This document shows, piece by piece, positions 25,643-34,091 of a stretch of 64,000 nt of DNA (its first letter is position 1; every line of letters starts with the position of its first letter). The stretch lies in contig DVME01000102.1 of the NCBI GenBank assembly GCA_018715175.1, forward strand, positions 69-64,068. Reading direction: 5' to 3'. This DNA is from Candidatus Limiplasma stercoravium (lineage in GTDB: Bacteria > Bacillota > Clostridia > Christensenellales > Aristaeellaceae). The notes under the pieces were generated by a model. It did no database searches and was not told where the DNA came from. It saw only the letters and a list, made by a program, of their open reading frames with translations. Position numbers and translations under genes: made by a program.

Positions 25643-26849
25643 GGGAACCTCCATCAAAATAGCCTTGATATTCCACGCGGTAGGCGCTGTTGGGAAAGAG
25701 GTAACGATGCAAATCGATGAAATAGTCGTCCGTCATGCTGGCCAGGTAATCCACCACCAGTTGGTTGGGCTCGGTGTTTTCGTAGGGAACACGGCGCCGG
25801 TAATGCGAGCGAGCCACATACCCCAGATGGTGCGTAAACACGGGCGAGCGCCGGTTGCCTGCGCGAAGGTCGTCCAACAGCTGTCCGTATAGCTCGCGCA
25901 TCATAGGCTTGACGGTTACGTCCAGCCGCGCGCGGGTCGCGGCGTTTTCGTAAATGAGCGCGTAGTTTTCGCGCTTGGCGGCCTGAAGCGCCGCAAAATG
26001 CCGCTGATCCAGCCGGATGGAAGGCTGGCCATAGCTGTTTTCAATGATGTTGACCATAAGATTGTTGATGATTTCTGCATTATAGGCGCCAATATCGCCA
26101 TCCGAAAAGGCGCTTTCGTCCAGCAGCTTGACGCGCGCGGCGTCTTGACGATCCTTGCCCAAATACGCGATGATGTCGGAAATCTGCACCACGCTGCCTT
26201 CCAGCGTCGAGGGCTGAATGCCTGCCGCAAAAACAGGATCCACCGCCGCCCGCTCCAGCATCCGGTCAAAGTCTTCAAAGGTTTCCATGGGCGCGGGGCA
26301 GTATTGCGCGCGCTCCACCTCGCCGTTGTGACCGGCAATGCCCGAAAGCGTTTGCAAGCTGAGATTGAAAGGATACACCGCGTCCAGCACCCGCACGGAT
26401 TGCAGGTTGTGATAAAAATGCCGCCCCGTGTGCTCGCAATACAGCTCGTCCAAGTACGCCTCGCCCGTATGCGCGAACGGAGGATGGCCAATGTCGTGCC
26501 CCAGGGCGATGGCCTCGATAAGGTTGACGTTCAGGTTCAGCGCCTGTCCGATGGTTCGGGCAATGCGGGAGACCAGCTGCACGTGCAGCCCCCTGCGCGT
26601 AACATCGTCATTGCGAATCAGGGAAAATACCTGCGTCTTGTCGCTGTATCGGTTGTAATATGGGCAATGAAGAATCTTGTCAACATCATGCACATAAGAC
26701 GGGCGCCAAATCGTGCCGCCGTCGCGTTGCACCTTTTCGCGCCGAAGCGCCAGACGGTCGTCACAGGCCAAACGCACAAACGTCCCTGTTTGTTTTTCGC
26801 TTTCCATTCGCCGGGAAAGCGCATCGGAAAGTCTTTCGTATCGTAGCAC
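25635..26849 (-). CDS. dGTP triphosphohydrolase-like HD-domain protein
   Basis: HD motif GHDIGHPPFAHTGE. RSPF-like N-terminal region (RPSYVHDVDKILHCPYYNRYSDKTQVF). GTG start after GGGGGA. It overlaps the next gene by 8 nt. Confidence 0.85.
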   Translation of the reverse strand: MLRYERLSDALSRRMESEKQTGTFVRLACDDRLALRREKVQRDGGTIWRPSYVHDVDKILHCPYYNRYSDKTQVFSLIRNDDVTRRGLHVQLVSRIARTIGQALNLNVNLIEAIALGHDIGHPPFAHTGEAYLDELYCEHTGRHFYHNLQSVRVLDAVYPFNLSLQTLSGIAGHNGEVERAQYCPAPMETFEDFDRMLERAAVDPVFAAGIQPSTLEGSVVQISDIIAYLGKDRQDAARVKLLDESAFSDGDIGAYNAEIINNLMVNIIENSYGQPSIRLDQRHFAALQAAKRENYALIYENAATRARLDVTVKPMMRELYGQLLDDLRAGNRRSPVFTHHLGYVARSHYRRRVPYENTEPNQLVVDYLASMTDDYFIDLHRYLFPNSAYRVEYQGYFDGGSHV

Positions 26850-27017
26850 GGTTTATCCCCCAACGGCTAAAGCCGGTTGCTCTATGAGCCTCTATTGCTA
26901 TCCCTGAAACGGCGGCGTAAACAAGCCATACCGCGACACCGGGTCTCCGATTGGAGTCCCCCTTCGCAACTGCGTTGGCCGTGCCGAATCAATACCCGCT
27001 TCACGCTGCATCCTCCC

Positions 27018-27599
27018 CTACGCCACCAACCGCTCGCAGGCGCCCAGCACCAATTCGCGCAGCGCTACCGGGAACCCTTCCACCTCGTGAATGTGCAAGG
27101 TGGACAGATATAGGATGTTGATGACGCCCTCGATGGTTTCATCCGAGACGTTAAACCGAATTTTTTCACGTTTCAGGGTTTGAAGGATGGACGACGCCAT
27201 GCTCAGGAAATGCTCGCGGGCCTCGTCGCGGCTTAACAGGGATTTGAGCAAGGGGAAATCCTCGCTGAGGAATCGAACAATCCCCCATTGATTGAGCATA
27301 TCGAAAGCTGCGTTCACCGCCGTGGCCGCTCGAACGCGGTTGTCCTGTCCCTGCGTGTCTTTAAGCACCTCTTCCATGCGGCGGATGATGGCGCTTTCCA
27401 TGTGCAAGCCCACCTCGCCAAAGAGAAGCTCCTTGCTTTCGTAAAACTTGTAAAACGATGACTTGGAAATACCGGCATCCGCGGTCAACGCCTCCAGAGA
27501 CGTCTTGCGAAACCCGCACGTCGCCGCATGACGGCATGCGCTTTCAAACAGCAGCTGACGGATATGCTCGCTCTGTTCCGGCGTGAAAGCCTGTGGCAT
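27018..27599 (-). CDS. TetR/AcrR-family transcriptional regulator
   Basis: 193 aa from MPQAFTPEQ. HTH region FRKTSLEALTADAGISKSSFYKFYESKELLF. The listed 375-aa ORF extends upstream into the permease gene in another frame, so I rejected it. Confidence 0.85.
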   Translation of the reverse strand: MPQAFTPEQSEHIRQLLFESACRHAATCGFRKTSLEALTADAGISKSSFYKFYESKELLFGEVGLHMESAIIRRMEEVLKDTQGQDNRVRAATAVNAAFDMLNQWGIVRFLSEDFPLLKSLLSRDEAREHFLSMASSILQTLKREKIRFNVSDETIEGVINILYLSTLHIHEVEGFPVALRELVLGACERLVA

Positions 27600-27652
27600 G
27601 CGATCACCCCCCCAATCAAAGTGTACCCGATTCGTTGCCGTTTGACAAGCCG

Positions 27653-29959
27653 TTATTCCACGGACTTCAAGGCTTCCACCATGTCGATGCTGCGCACCTT
27701 GCGCGTGAGGAACATCTGAATCAACAGCGAAAACGCATAGGTAATCACACACGAAAGAACGATGGAGAATGCGCTGGTATAACTGGGATAGCGAAGAGAC
27801 TCCGTCTGGCAAACCAGCAGCACCACTCCTGTAAGCAGCACGCCCGGCACAATGCTGACCGCCACGCCCAAAAAACTCAGAATGGCGTTTTCGCCAACGA
27901 TAAGCCGGCGGATCTCCTTTTGATGGTAGCCCAGCACTTTGAGCGTGGCATATTCGCGCACGCGCTCCGAGAAATTCATCAAACCCATGTTGTAGCAAAT
28001 TACGAACGCGAGCGCCAGCGCCACCAGCGTCAGCAGCACGAAGATGCTGGTCAGCATGGCCAGCATGTTGGTCAGCTCCGTCATCTGCTCCGTGGGACGT
28101 TCCAGGCTGTCCACCTCGTCCATATCGCTCAGCTCGCTCAAGCATTGCTCCGTAGGCGCGCGTAGCTGAATGGCAGTAGGCGCGAACGCGCCCTTACGCA
28201 GGCTTTCCCACGTGGTGCGGTTCATGTACAGGCCCTGGGATACGTTGTTTTCCACCGTTTGCACAACCGTCACGCACACCGGCTCGTCGTCCCCTGGAAA
28301 ATAAAGCGTTAAGGTATCGCCCTCCTCAACCTCAAGGGTCTGGGCAAGCTTTCGTGTGATGGCGGCGCCGCCGGAAGCAATTTGCACCAGCGTCTCGTTT
28401 TCACCCAGGCGAAGGGTGGTCATTTGGTCTTGGACAACGGTCAGGAGCGTTACGCGCGTTTGGGTTTGGGAAATCGCGCTGACCGATTTTTCCATCACGC
28501 ATTCCACTGCCTCCGCGTCCAAGCGCGTGGTATAGGCGTGCGCGTCGCCCGCCTGGTCGTTCAGCTCTGCGCGCACGTCGTAGGACAGCGTTTTGGTGTA
28601 ATGGTTGAGCGCAAGAGCGTTGACGGAATCCTGCAAGCCGAAGGAGGCGATGATCAGCGCGTTGCAGCTGAGCACGCCGACAAAGGACATGATGGAGCGC
28701 ATGCGGTTGCGCATCAGGTTACGAAGAACCATTTTGGCGTTAAAGCCCAACCGCTTCCACAGAAACCCGACGCGCTCCAGCAGGATGCGGCGGCCCGCCT
28801 TGGGCGCCTTGGGCCGCAGCAGCGCCGCCGTGGTCTCGCGGGCACTTTTTTGATAGGTAATCAGACAGATGACCATGCTCATCGCCACCGTGAGCGCCAC
28901 CATGCTCCAGGCTTGCAGAGAAATGGGCGGCGTAATGCGGTATGGGTAGTCGTTTTGGCCAATGAGCAACGCCCAAATGAGATATGGGAGCGTCGTATGC
29001 CCCACCACCACGCCTGCCACCGAGCCCACCAGGGACGGCAGCACCGCATAGGACAGATAATGCCCCCGTATTTTGCGCGCGCTATATCCCAGCGCCTTAA
29101 GGGTGCCCAGCTGCAAGCGCTGGTTGTCAATCATGCGCGTCAGCGTGGTCATCACGATCAGCGCGGCCACGGCATACGCAAGAATGGGAAATACCAAAGT
29201 CAGGTTGCGAAACATGTCCGCGTTGCTCTGGGCGCTGGCGGTGCTGGGATGCGCCCCGCGATCCATCACCAACGCTTCTGGCAGCGCCTGGCGGATAGCG
29301 TGCTCCACGTCCTCTTCATCGGCGCCTTGCGCAATGCGCACCAACACCTGCGTCAAAGGCAGGGTTTGCATTGCCTCGGCATTGATGAGCATGTAGCCGT
29401 ATTCGTCTGGATTGGGGTAAACGTTGTCCGTCACACAGATGTATTCCGGGCTGTACACCGTGCCGCGTATGATAAAGCTGTATTCCTCCTGCGCCCACTT
29501 GACCGTCACGCGATCTCCCACATTCAGCCCATGCGCCTGGGCAAAGGCGCCTTGCAGGAGGCAACCGCGCAGATCCGTTTCGTTGAGCGTCTCGCCGTCC
29601 AGCAATAGCGGGACGTTGATATCCATCGCGCCGCTGTACGCCGCGACGTTGAGCGTTGGCTCGCCAGGCAAGGTCGTTTCCAAATCCGCTACCGCGCGTG
29701 CCCGAACCGCTTCCACGCCCTCGATGCTGCGTAGGGTCAGCAGCGTATCTCGATCCACCTGCAAAAGCTGTACCCAGAAGTCTGCCAGCCCGTTTTGGCC
29801 AAAGTACACGTCGATGGTGGCCTGCGCCATGCGCGATACCCCGTCCAGCGCGGAAAACAATAGTGACCCCAACGAGCACAGAAGCACGATGGACAAAAAT
29901 TGCATCATCGCCCGGCGCATATCGCGCAGGAGCTTTCTTCGCAGCATGTTGCCCGCCAA
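27653..29959 (-). CDS. ABC transporter permease with two FtsX domains (MacB-like); no ATPase gene adjacent
   Basis: 768 aa. It has two FtsX-type modules (LGTLKALGYSARKIRGHYL and YATLKVLGYHQKEIRRLIV), each preceded by a large extracytoplasmic domain. TTG start at 29959 after GAGGGGAG (ATG 29947 is an alternative). Confidence 0.8.
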   Translation of the reverse strand: MAGNMLRRKLLRDMRRAMMQFLSIVLLCSLGSLLFSALDGVSRMAQATIDVYFGQNGLADFWVQLLQVDRDTLLTLRSIEGVEAVRARAVADLETTLPGEPTLNVAAYSGAMDINVPLLLDGETLNETDLRGCLLQGAFAQAHGLNVGDRVTVKWAQEEYSFIIRGTVYSPEYICVTDNVYPNPDEYGYMLINAEAMQTLPLTQVLVRIAQGADEEDVEHAIRQALPEALVMDRGAHPSTASAQSNADMFRNLTLVFPILAYAVAALIVMTTLTRMIDNQRLQLGTLKALGYSARKIRGHYLSYAVLPSLVGSVAGVVVGHTTLPYLIWALLIGQNDYPYRITPPISLQAWSMVALTVAMSMVICLITYQKSARETTAALLRPKAPKAGRRILLERVGFLWKRLGFNAKMVLRNLMRNRMRSIMSFVGVLSCNALIIASFGLQDSVNALALNHYTKTLSYDVRAELNDQAGDAHAYTTRLDAEAVECVMEKSVSAISQTQTRVTLLTVVQDQMTTLRLGENETLVQIASGGAAITRKLAQTLEVEEGDTLTLYFPGDDEPVCVTVVQTVENNVSQGLYMNRTTWESLRKGAFAPTAIQLRAPTEQCLSELSDMDEVDSLERPTEQMTELTNMLAMLTSIFVLLTLVALALAFVICYNMGLMNFSERVREYATLKVLGYHQKEIRRLIVGENAILSFLGVAVSIVPGVLLTGVVLLVCQTESLRYPSYTSAFSIVLSCVITYAFSLLIQMFLTRKVRSIDMVEALKSVE

Positions 29960-29988
29960 CCTTACCGGCTCCCCTCAAAGCGAAATAT

Positions 29989-30020
29989 GCTGAAAACAAA
30001 CAGACAAAAGCGTTTTCAGC
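29989..30020 (-). promoter_or_regulatory. Operator-like inverted repeat GCTGAAAAC-N14-GTTTTCAGC in the permease leader
   Basis: Perfect 9-bp arms at 29989..29997 and 30012..30020. The half-site is shared with the repeat at 30051..30078. Confidence 0.5.
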
Positions 30021-30032
30021 AAAGCGAAAAGG

Positions 30033-30051
30033 AAACGCGCCAAGCGCGTTT
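30033..30051 (-). promoter_or_regulatory. GC hairpin between the two operators (possible leader attenuator)
   Basis: AAACGCGC-caa-GCGCGTTT. On the minus strand it is followed by CCTTTTCGCTTT. The short loop and interrupted U-tract make a terminator function uncertain. Confidence 0.3.
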
Positions 30052-30078
30052 GAAAACAAAAGCCGCATTTTGTTTTCA
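30051..30078 (-). promoter_or_regulatory. Operator-like perfect palindrome TGAAAACAAAA-N6-TTTTGTTTTCA at the predicted transcription start
   Basis: 11-bp perfect arms immediately downstream of the predicted -10. This geometry is typical of a TetR operator, and the TetR gene is the last gene of the unit. Confidence 0.55.
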
Positions 30079-30083
30079 GCCTT

Positions 30084-30113
30084 ATTATAACCTCAACGCT
30101 TTGAAAAAGTCAA
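30084..30113 (-). promoter_or_regulatory. Promoter of the permease-TetR unit (TTGACT-18-TATAAT on the minus strand)
   Basis: On the reverse complement, TTGACT maps to 30108..30113 and TATAAT to 30084..30089. Confidence 0.6.
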
Positions 30114-30129
30114 CGCGAGACGAAAAACG

Positions 30130-30618
30130 TTACAGTTCGGACACAAAAGGACGCACGCCAAGAATCTTGACCAACCGTTTAACCGGTTGAGAGTAGGTAT
30201 CCATTGGGCGCATCCAGGCGTCGTCGGTGTGGGCGGCCAGGTATAGCCTGCCGCCCTCCACCGCGACCACCAGCGCCGAATGGGTCAAAATACCGTTGCG
30301 ATAACCCATAAACACCACGTCGCCAATGTCGGCCAGATCGTCCTCAACCTCCTGGCCATAGGGCCCTGCGCCGCGGTTGGAAGTTAAAAAGGCATAGAGC
30401 CTGCGGGCGGATGTCCAGCTCGCGCTTCGGTCTCCCGCGGAACGATAGTACCAACCGTCTACCGGCGTGGGATTCATCTCCCCGCCGCCCGCGTATAGGC
30501 ATTGCGATACGAAGTTGGCGCAATCCCCGCCCAGGCCGCTGAAGTCCAAATACCGGGCGTTTCGGCCAAAAGCCCACCGCCTGGCATACTGCACGGCCTT
30601 TTGCCGGTCGTAACCCAT
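30130..30618 (-). CDS. Putative amidase-domain protein (Amidase_6-like, Cys-His papain-like fold)
   Basis: N-terminus YDRQKAVQYARRWA. Catalytic-Cys block GGDCANFVSQCLYAGG. A later His block ILTHSALVV. Confidence 0.7.
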   Translation of the reverse strand: MGYDRQKAVQYARRWAFGRNARYLDFSGLGGDCANFVSQCLYAGGGEMNPTPVDGWYYRSAGDRSASWTSARRLYAFLTSNRGAGPYGQEVEDDLADIGDVVFMGYRNGILTHSALVVAVEGGRLYLAAHTDDAWMRPMDTYSQPVKRLVKILGVRPFVSEL

Positions 30619-30662
30619 GAAGCTCCCACCTCCCCGTGGAGTCTATGCCAAAAGCCCGGCTT

Positions 30663-31688
30663 TTACCTTCCCACCAGCGCGTCAAACTGTTCGCGCGTCA
30701 AATCGCAGCGGTAGAACAGCTCGTAATACTCATGCACCGACTCGTACAGGTCGTAATCCGTGTACTCGGGATACAGCAAATCCCCCAGCCACAGGATGCC
30801 CAAATACCGCTGCACGGAAGGCGGAAAACCCAGCCAGTTATACGGCCCAAAGGGAACCAGGTAGTAGCGGCCGGAAGCGATGGCGTCCAGCCCAAGCCAC
30901 AGCGCATCCGAGCCGGCCGTCTCGTAGACGGAATCGGGCGAAAACAGGATGACTTCGGGATTCCACAGCAATAGCTGCTCCATGTCGGTCTCGTTGCCGG
31001 TTCCTTTGGAAGAGGGGCTATCCACAACGGCCAGGTTTTCGGTCATCAGATCGATAACCTCGCTGTGATACGAACCCCGCGCGATAACGTTCAGCCCCTC
31101 CGTACCTGTCAAATACAGGGCGGTCACGCGGTTCTCCCCCACCTTTTCCATCAGTTCCACCGCCATGGCATAAATGCGGTCGCAGTAGGAAGCCAGCGTT
31201 TCCGCAGCCTCAGGCAGGCTCAGCAATTCTCCCAACAGGCGGTAGGTATCGCCCATGGTTTGCGTGCTGGCGTCAATGTGTACAAACGGAATGCCCGTTT
31301 GCTCGCAAAGCGCGTCCAGCTCCTGCGCCATGCCGTCCTTGGGCTCCCCAACGTCGATAACCACATCGGGCGCGGCCAGCAAAAGCTCTTCCAGGTTCAT
31401 CTCGCCCTTGCCGCCGTAGAGCTGTCCCAGCACCGGCATGTTGTAGTAGCGCTCGCTAAGGTACAGCGCGGCGGTGGCATTCCATTCCTCCGCAATGCCC
31501 ACCAGCTCGTCGGCAGCCAGCGGGAACACCACCATCTGCGCCAAAGGCCCGGAAACCGCTACTTTTTCCACTTTCTGCGGCAACGTTACGCTCCGTCCGA
31601 GCGAATCGGTGAAGGTGCGCTCCTGCGCGTAGGCGGGCAGCGAAACCGCAAGCACCAAAGCAGCCAACAACACATCCATTTTTTTCAT
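30663..31688 (-). CDS. ABC importer substrate-binding protein (Peripla_BP_2; FecB/BtuF-like)
   Basis: Starts MKKMDVLLAALVLAVSLPAYAQE (signal peptide). Blocks KVAVSGPLAQMVV and LLAAPDVVIDVG are typical of siderophore/cobalamin/heme-type binding proteins. Confidence 0.8.
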   Translation of the reverse strand: MKKMDVLLAALVLAVSLPAYAQERTFTDSLGRSVTLPQKVEKVAVSGPLAQMVVFPLAADELVGIAEEWNATAALYLSERYYNMPVLGQLYGGKGEMNLEELLLAAPDVVIDVGEPKDGMAQELDALCEQTGIPFVHIDASTQTMGDTYRLLGELLSLPEAAETLASYCDRIYAMAVELMEKVGENRVTALYLTGTEGLNVIARGSYHSEVIDLMTENLAVVDSPSSKGTGNETDMEQLLLWNPEVILFSPDSVYETAGSDALWLGLDAIASGRYYLVPFGPYNWLGFPPSVQRYLGILWLGDLLYPEYTDYDLYESVHEYYELFYRCDLTREQFDALVGR

Positions 31689-31690
31689 GT

Positions 31691-32491
31691 TCAACCATCC
31701 TTTCTTGGTAGATCCTCCAGCGCGTTGAGCGGCAGCAGAACGCGCGCTCGGTCGTGGTGCAGGCTTTCCACCGCATATCCCGGCCCATACAGCGCGTCCA
31801 CCACACGCTGAATCACGACATCCTTGGGCCGGCCGTCGGCCATCACGCGTCCGTTTTGCAAAGCGACAATGCGGCTGGAATACAGGTAGGCATGCTCCGG
31901 GTCGTGGGTGGTGGTCAGCACGCAATAGCCTTCGCGCGTCAGCGAGCGCAAAAGCGAAAGCACGAGCGCCCGGTTGCCAAGATCCAAATTGGCCGACGGT
32001 TCATCCAGGATCATGAGCCTTGCTTGCTGCGCAAGCGCCCGCGCAATCAGCACCAGCTGCCGCTCGCCGCCGCTGAGGGAAGCGAAGCGGCGTCCGGCAA
32101 GCCTTTGCGCGCCCACCCGTTCCAGCGCCTGGGAAACCAGCCGGCGCTCCTTCGCACCCGGCGACGAAAACGCGCCCACATGCGCCGTGGTGCCCATGAG
32201 CACCATTTCTTCCACGGGATAGGAAAAGGCGGGATAATGCGCCTGGGGAATGTAGGCCATGTAGGACGCCAGCTCGCGCGGCGAAAGGCGGCGGATGTCG
32301 CGGCCGTCGATGACCACGGAACCCTCGCAAGGCGTCAGGGCGCCGATGAGACACTTGAGCAGGGTGCTCTTTCCCGCACCGTTGGGGCCCAGCACGCTGA
32401 CCATCTCTCCCCGCGAAAGCGAAAGGCTGACCTGGTCAAGCACCCTTCGGCCCGCATAGGCATAGCAGAGCTTTTGAATTACCACGGTCAA
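31691..32491 (-). CDS. ABC importer ATP-binding protein (FecE/BtuD-like)
   Basis: Walker A GPNGAGKST, signature LSGGERQ, Walker B LMILDEP. Confidence 0.9.
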   Translation of the reverse strand: MTVVIQKLCYAYAGRRVLDQVSLSLSRGEMVSVLGPNGAGKSTLLKCLIGALTPCEGSVVIDGRDIRRLSPRELASYMAYIPQAHYPAFSYPVEEMVLMGTTAHVGAFSSPGAKERRLVSQALERVGAQRLAGRRFASLSGGERQLVLIARALAQQARLMILDEPSANLDLGNRALVLSLLRSLTREGYCVLTTTHDPEHAYLYSSRIVALQNGRVMADGRPKDVVIQRVVDALYGPGYAVESLHHDRARVLLPLNALEDLPRKDG

Positions 32492-33495
32492 AAGGCGTCA
32501 CCCCTTCTGGTGATGAGCCACAGGAAGAACGGCGCGCCCAACAGCGATGTCAGAATCCCGATGGGGATTTCGACCGCCAAAAGGCTTCGGGATACGTCGT
32601 CCACGGCCAGCAAAAACACCGCGCCCAGGAGCATGGAGGCGGGCGTAAGCACGCGGTGATCGTTGCCCACCAAGCGGCGCGCCACATGCGGCACAATCAG
32701 GCCCACCCAGCCGATAACGCCGCTGACCGAAACGCTAGCGGCTGTCAAAAGCGTTGCCGACACGGTGGCAAGGAGGCGCAGGCGCTCAGGGGCAACGCCC
32801 AGGCTTCGCGCCTCGTCGTCGCCCATGGCCAAAATGTTGAGCTTCCAGCGCGTTAGCCACAGCGGTAAAAGGCCCAGCGCCATGGGAATGGCGGCGAAAG
32901 CCAAGTCGTCAAGGGTCGCGCCGGACAGACTGCCCATCAGCCAATAGGTAATGGCGGGAAGCTGGTTGGTTGGGTCGGCCACCAGCTTGATGTAGGACGT
33001 TCCAGCCCCAAACAGAGAACTAAGCATCATGCCGCAGAGAATCAGGGTCAACAGCTGTTTGCCCTTCGCACGGCGGCTGACGGCAAAAGCCGCGCCCACA
33101 GCCACCAGGCTCATGGCAAAGGCCATGCCCGTCACGCCGCGGCTCCCCAGGCCCAGCCAGATGCCCAGCGCGGCGCCAAAGGCGGCGCCGTTGGACGCGC
33201 CCAGCACGTCCGGCGAGGCCATCGGGTTTTGAAAGACGCTCTGATAGGCGGCTCCGGCGGCTGACAGGCACATCCCCACCATGCAGGCCAGGCCCACACG
33301 CGGAAGGCGGATGTTAAACACGATCCTTTCCATCGCCTCCGGCCAAGCGGTTTCCAGGCCGAAAAGCCGCCCCCACAGGATGCGTACGAGTTCGCCCGTC
33401 GCAATGGGGAAACGCCCCAGCAAAAAGGAAAGCAACACCGTCCCCAGCAAAGCGGCCCCGAACAGGCCAAGCATCGCCGCATGCCGCTTACTCAT
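32488..33495 (-). CDS. FecCD/BtuC-family ABC importer permease
   Basis: Starts MSKRHAAMLGLFG after a G-rich RBS. Polytopic protein with blocks RLPRVGLACMVGMCLSAAGAAYQSVFQNPMASPDVLG that are typical of FecCD. ATGA overlaps on both sides. Confidence 0.9.
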   Translation of the reverse strand: MSKRHAAMLGLFGAALLGTVLLSFLLGRFPIATGELVRILWGRLFGLETAWPEAMERIVFNIRLPRVGLACMVGMCLSAAGAAYQSVFQNPMASPDVLGASNGAAFGAALGIWLGLGSRGVTGMAFAMSLVAVGAAFAVSRRAKGKQLLTLILCGMMLSSLFGAGTSYIKLVADPTNQLPAITYWLMGSLSGATLDDLAFAAIPMALGLLPLWLTRWKLNILAMGDDEARSLGVAPERLRLLATVSATLLTAASVSVSGVIGWVGLIVPHVARRLVGNDHRVLTPASMLLGAVFLLAVDDVSRSLLAVEIPIGILTSLLGAPFFLWLITRRGDAF

Positions 33496-34091
33496 GCCAG
33501 ACCTCCCCCCACAAAGGCGTCGCGCCAAAGCGACAGCGCTTCCCTCGCCGCCTGCGCGCCGGCGGTTTGCACGTTTACCACCTGCGCGCGCGCCTCCAAA
33601 TACCGCCGAAACGCATCATAGGCCGCCAGATACGCATCGTCCAGTCCGGCCCGGCGCGCCATGCCCAGGCTGTTCTCGCGCGACTTGAGCACGCCGACAA
33701 TGGGTGTGGAGCCGCCGAAAGCCGCGTACAGCGCTTCACGAAACGGCGCCAGCGTCAGCTCGTATCCGCCGACTTCATCCAGCACCGCAAAGGGATGGCT
33801 GCCGATGCCGCGCAAAAGAGGCAATGTAAAGCTCAGGAGCGCTTCTTCCCTTCGCTGGACGGTACCGTTTTCTCGAATCAAAAACAGCCCGCGTTCCTGC
33901 GTCTCAAAGGCGCGAGCGTCCACCCCGGTCATGTCTTTGGGCCGGCGGTGCGCATAGCCGCGCCTGTCGCCTTGCTCCACGCGCAGGGTCATGTATCCGC
34001 CGGCCCAAGGCAGCGCACGGCCAAGGGTTTGGAGAATCATCGTGCTTTTGCCACAGGCGCGCGGCCCCTCCAAAAGCAAAACGCGCTTCAC
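33492..34091 (-). CDS. P-loop NTPase (THEP1/NTPase_1-like; family assignment tentative)
   Basis: 199 aa. Walker A GPRACGKST at the N-terminus. Walker-B-like FAVLDEVG. It is translationally coupled to both neighbours. Confidence 0.55.
   Translation of the reverse strand: MKRVLLLEGPRACGKSTMILQTLGRALPWAGGYMTLRVEQGDRRGYAHRRPKDMTGVDARAFETQERGLFLIRENGTVQRREEALLSFTLPLLRGIGSHPFAVLDEVGGYELTLAPFREALYAAFGGSTPIVGVLKSRENSLGMARRAGLDDAYLAAYDAFRRYLEARAQVVNVQTAGAQAAREALSLWRDAFVGGGLA

Noticed and set aside
25635-26849. The dGTPase-like gene as an anti-phage dNTP-depletion defence gene.
   Set aside because: I see no mobile-element or defence-island context. It is the first gene of a tightly coupled operon with NrnA-like genes, and its size and motifs fit the common housekeeping-type dGTPase-like family. 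I kept it only as a low-probability alternative in the operon finding.
26850-27017. A 168-nt non-coding gap upstream of the dGTPase-like gene. I examined the minus strand for a riboswitch or sRNA.
   Set aside because: It contains a few short hairpins (for example GGACTCC-AATC-GGAGACC and CAACCGGC-TTTA-GCCGTTG), but I recognise no known riboswitch core and there is no terminator-like U-tract.
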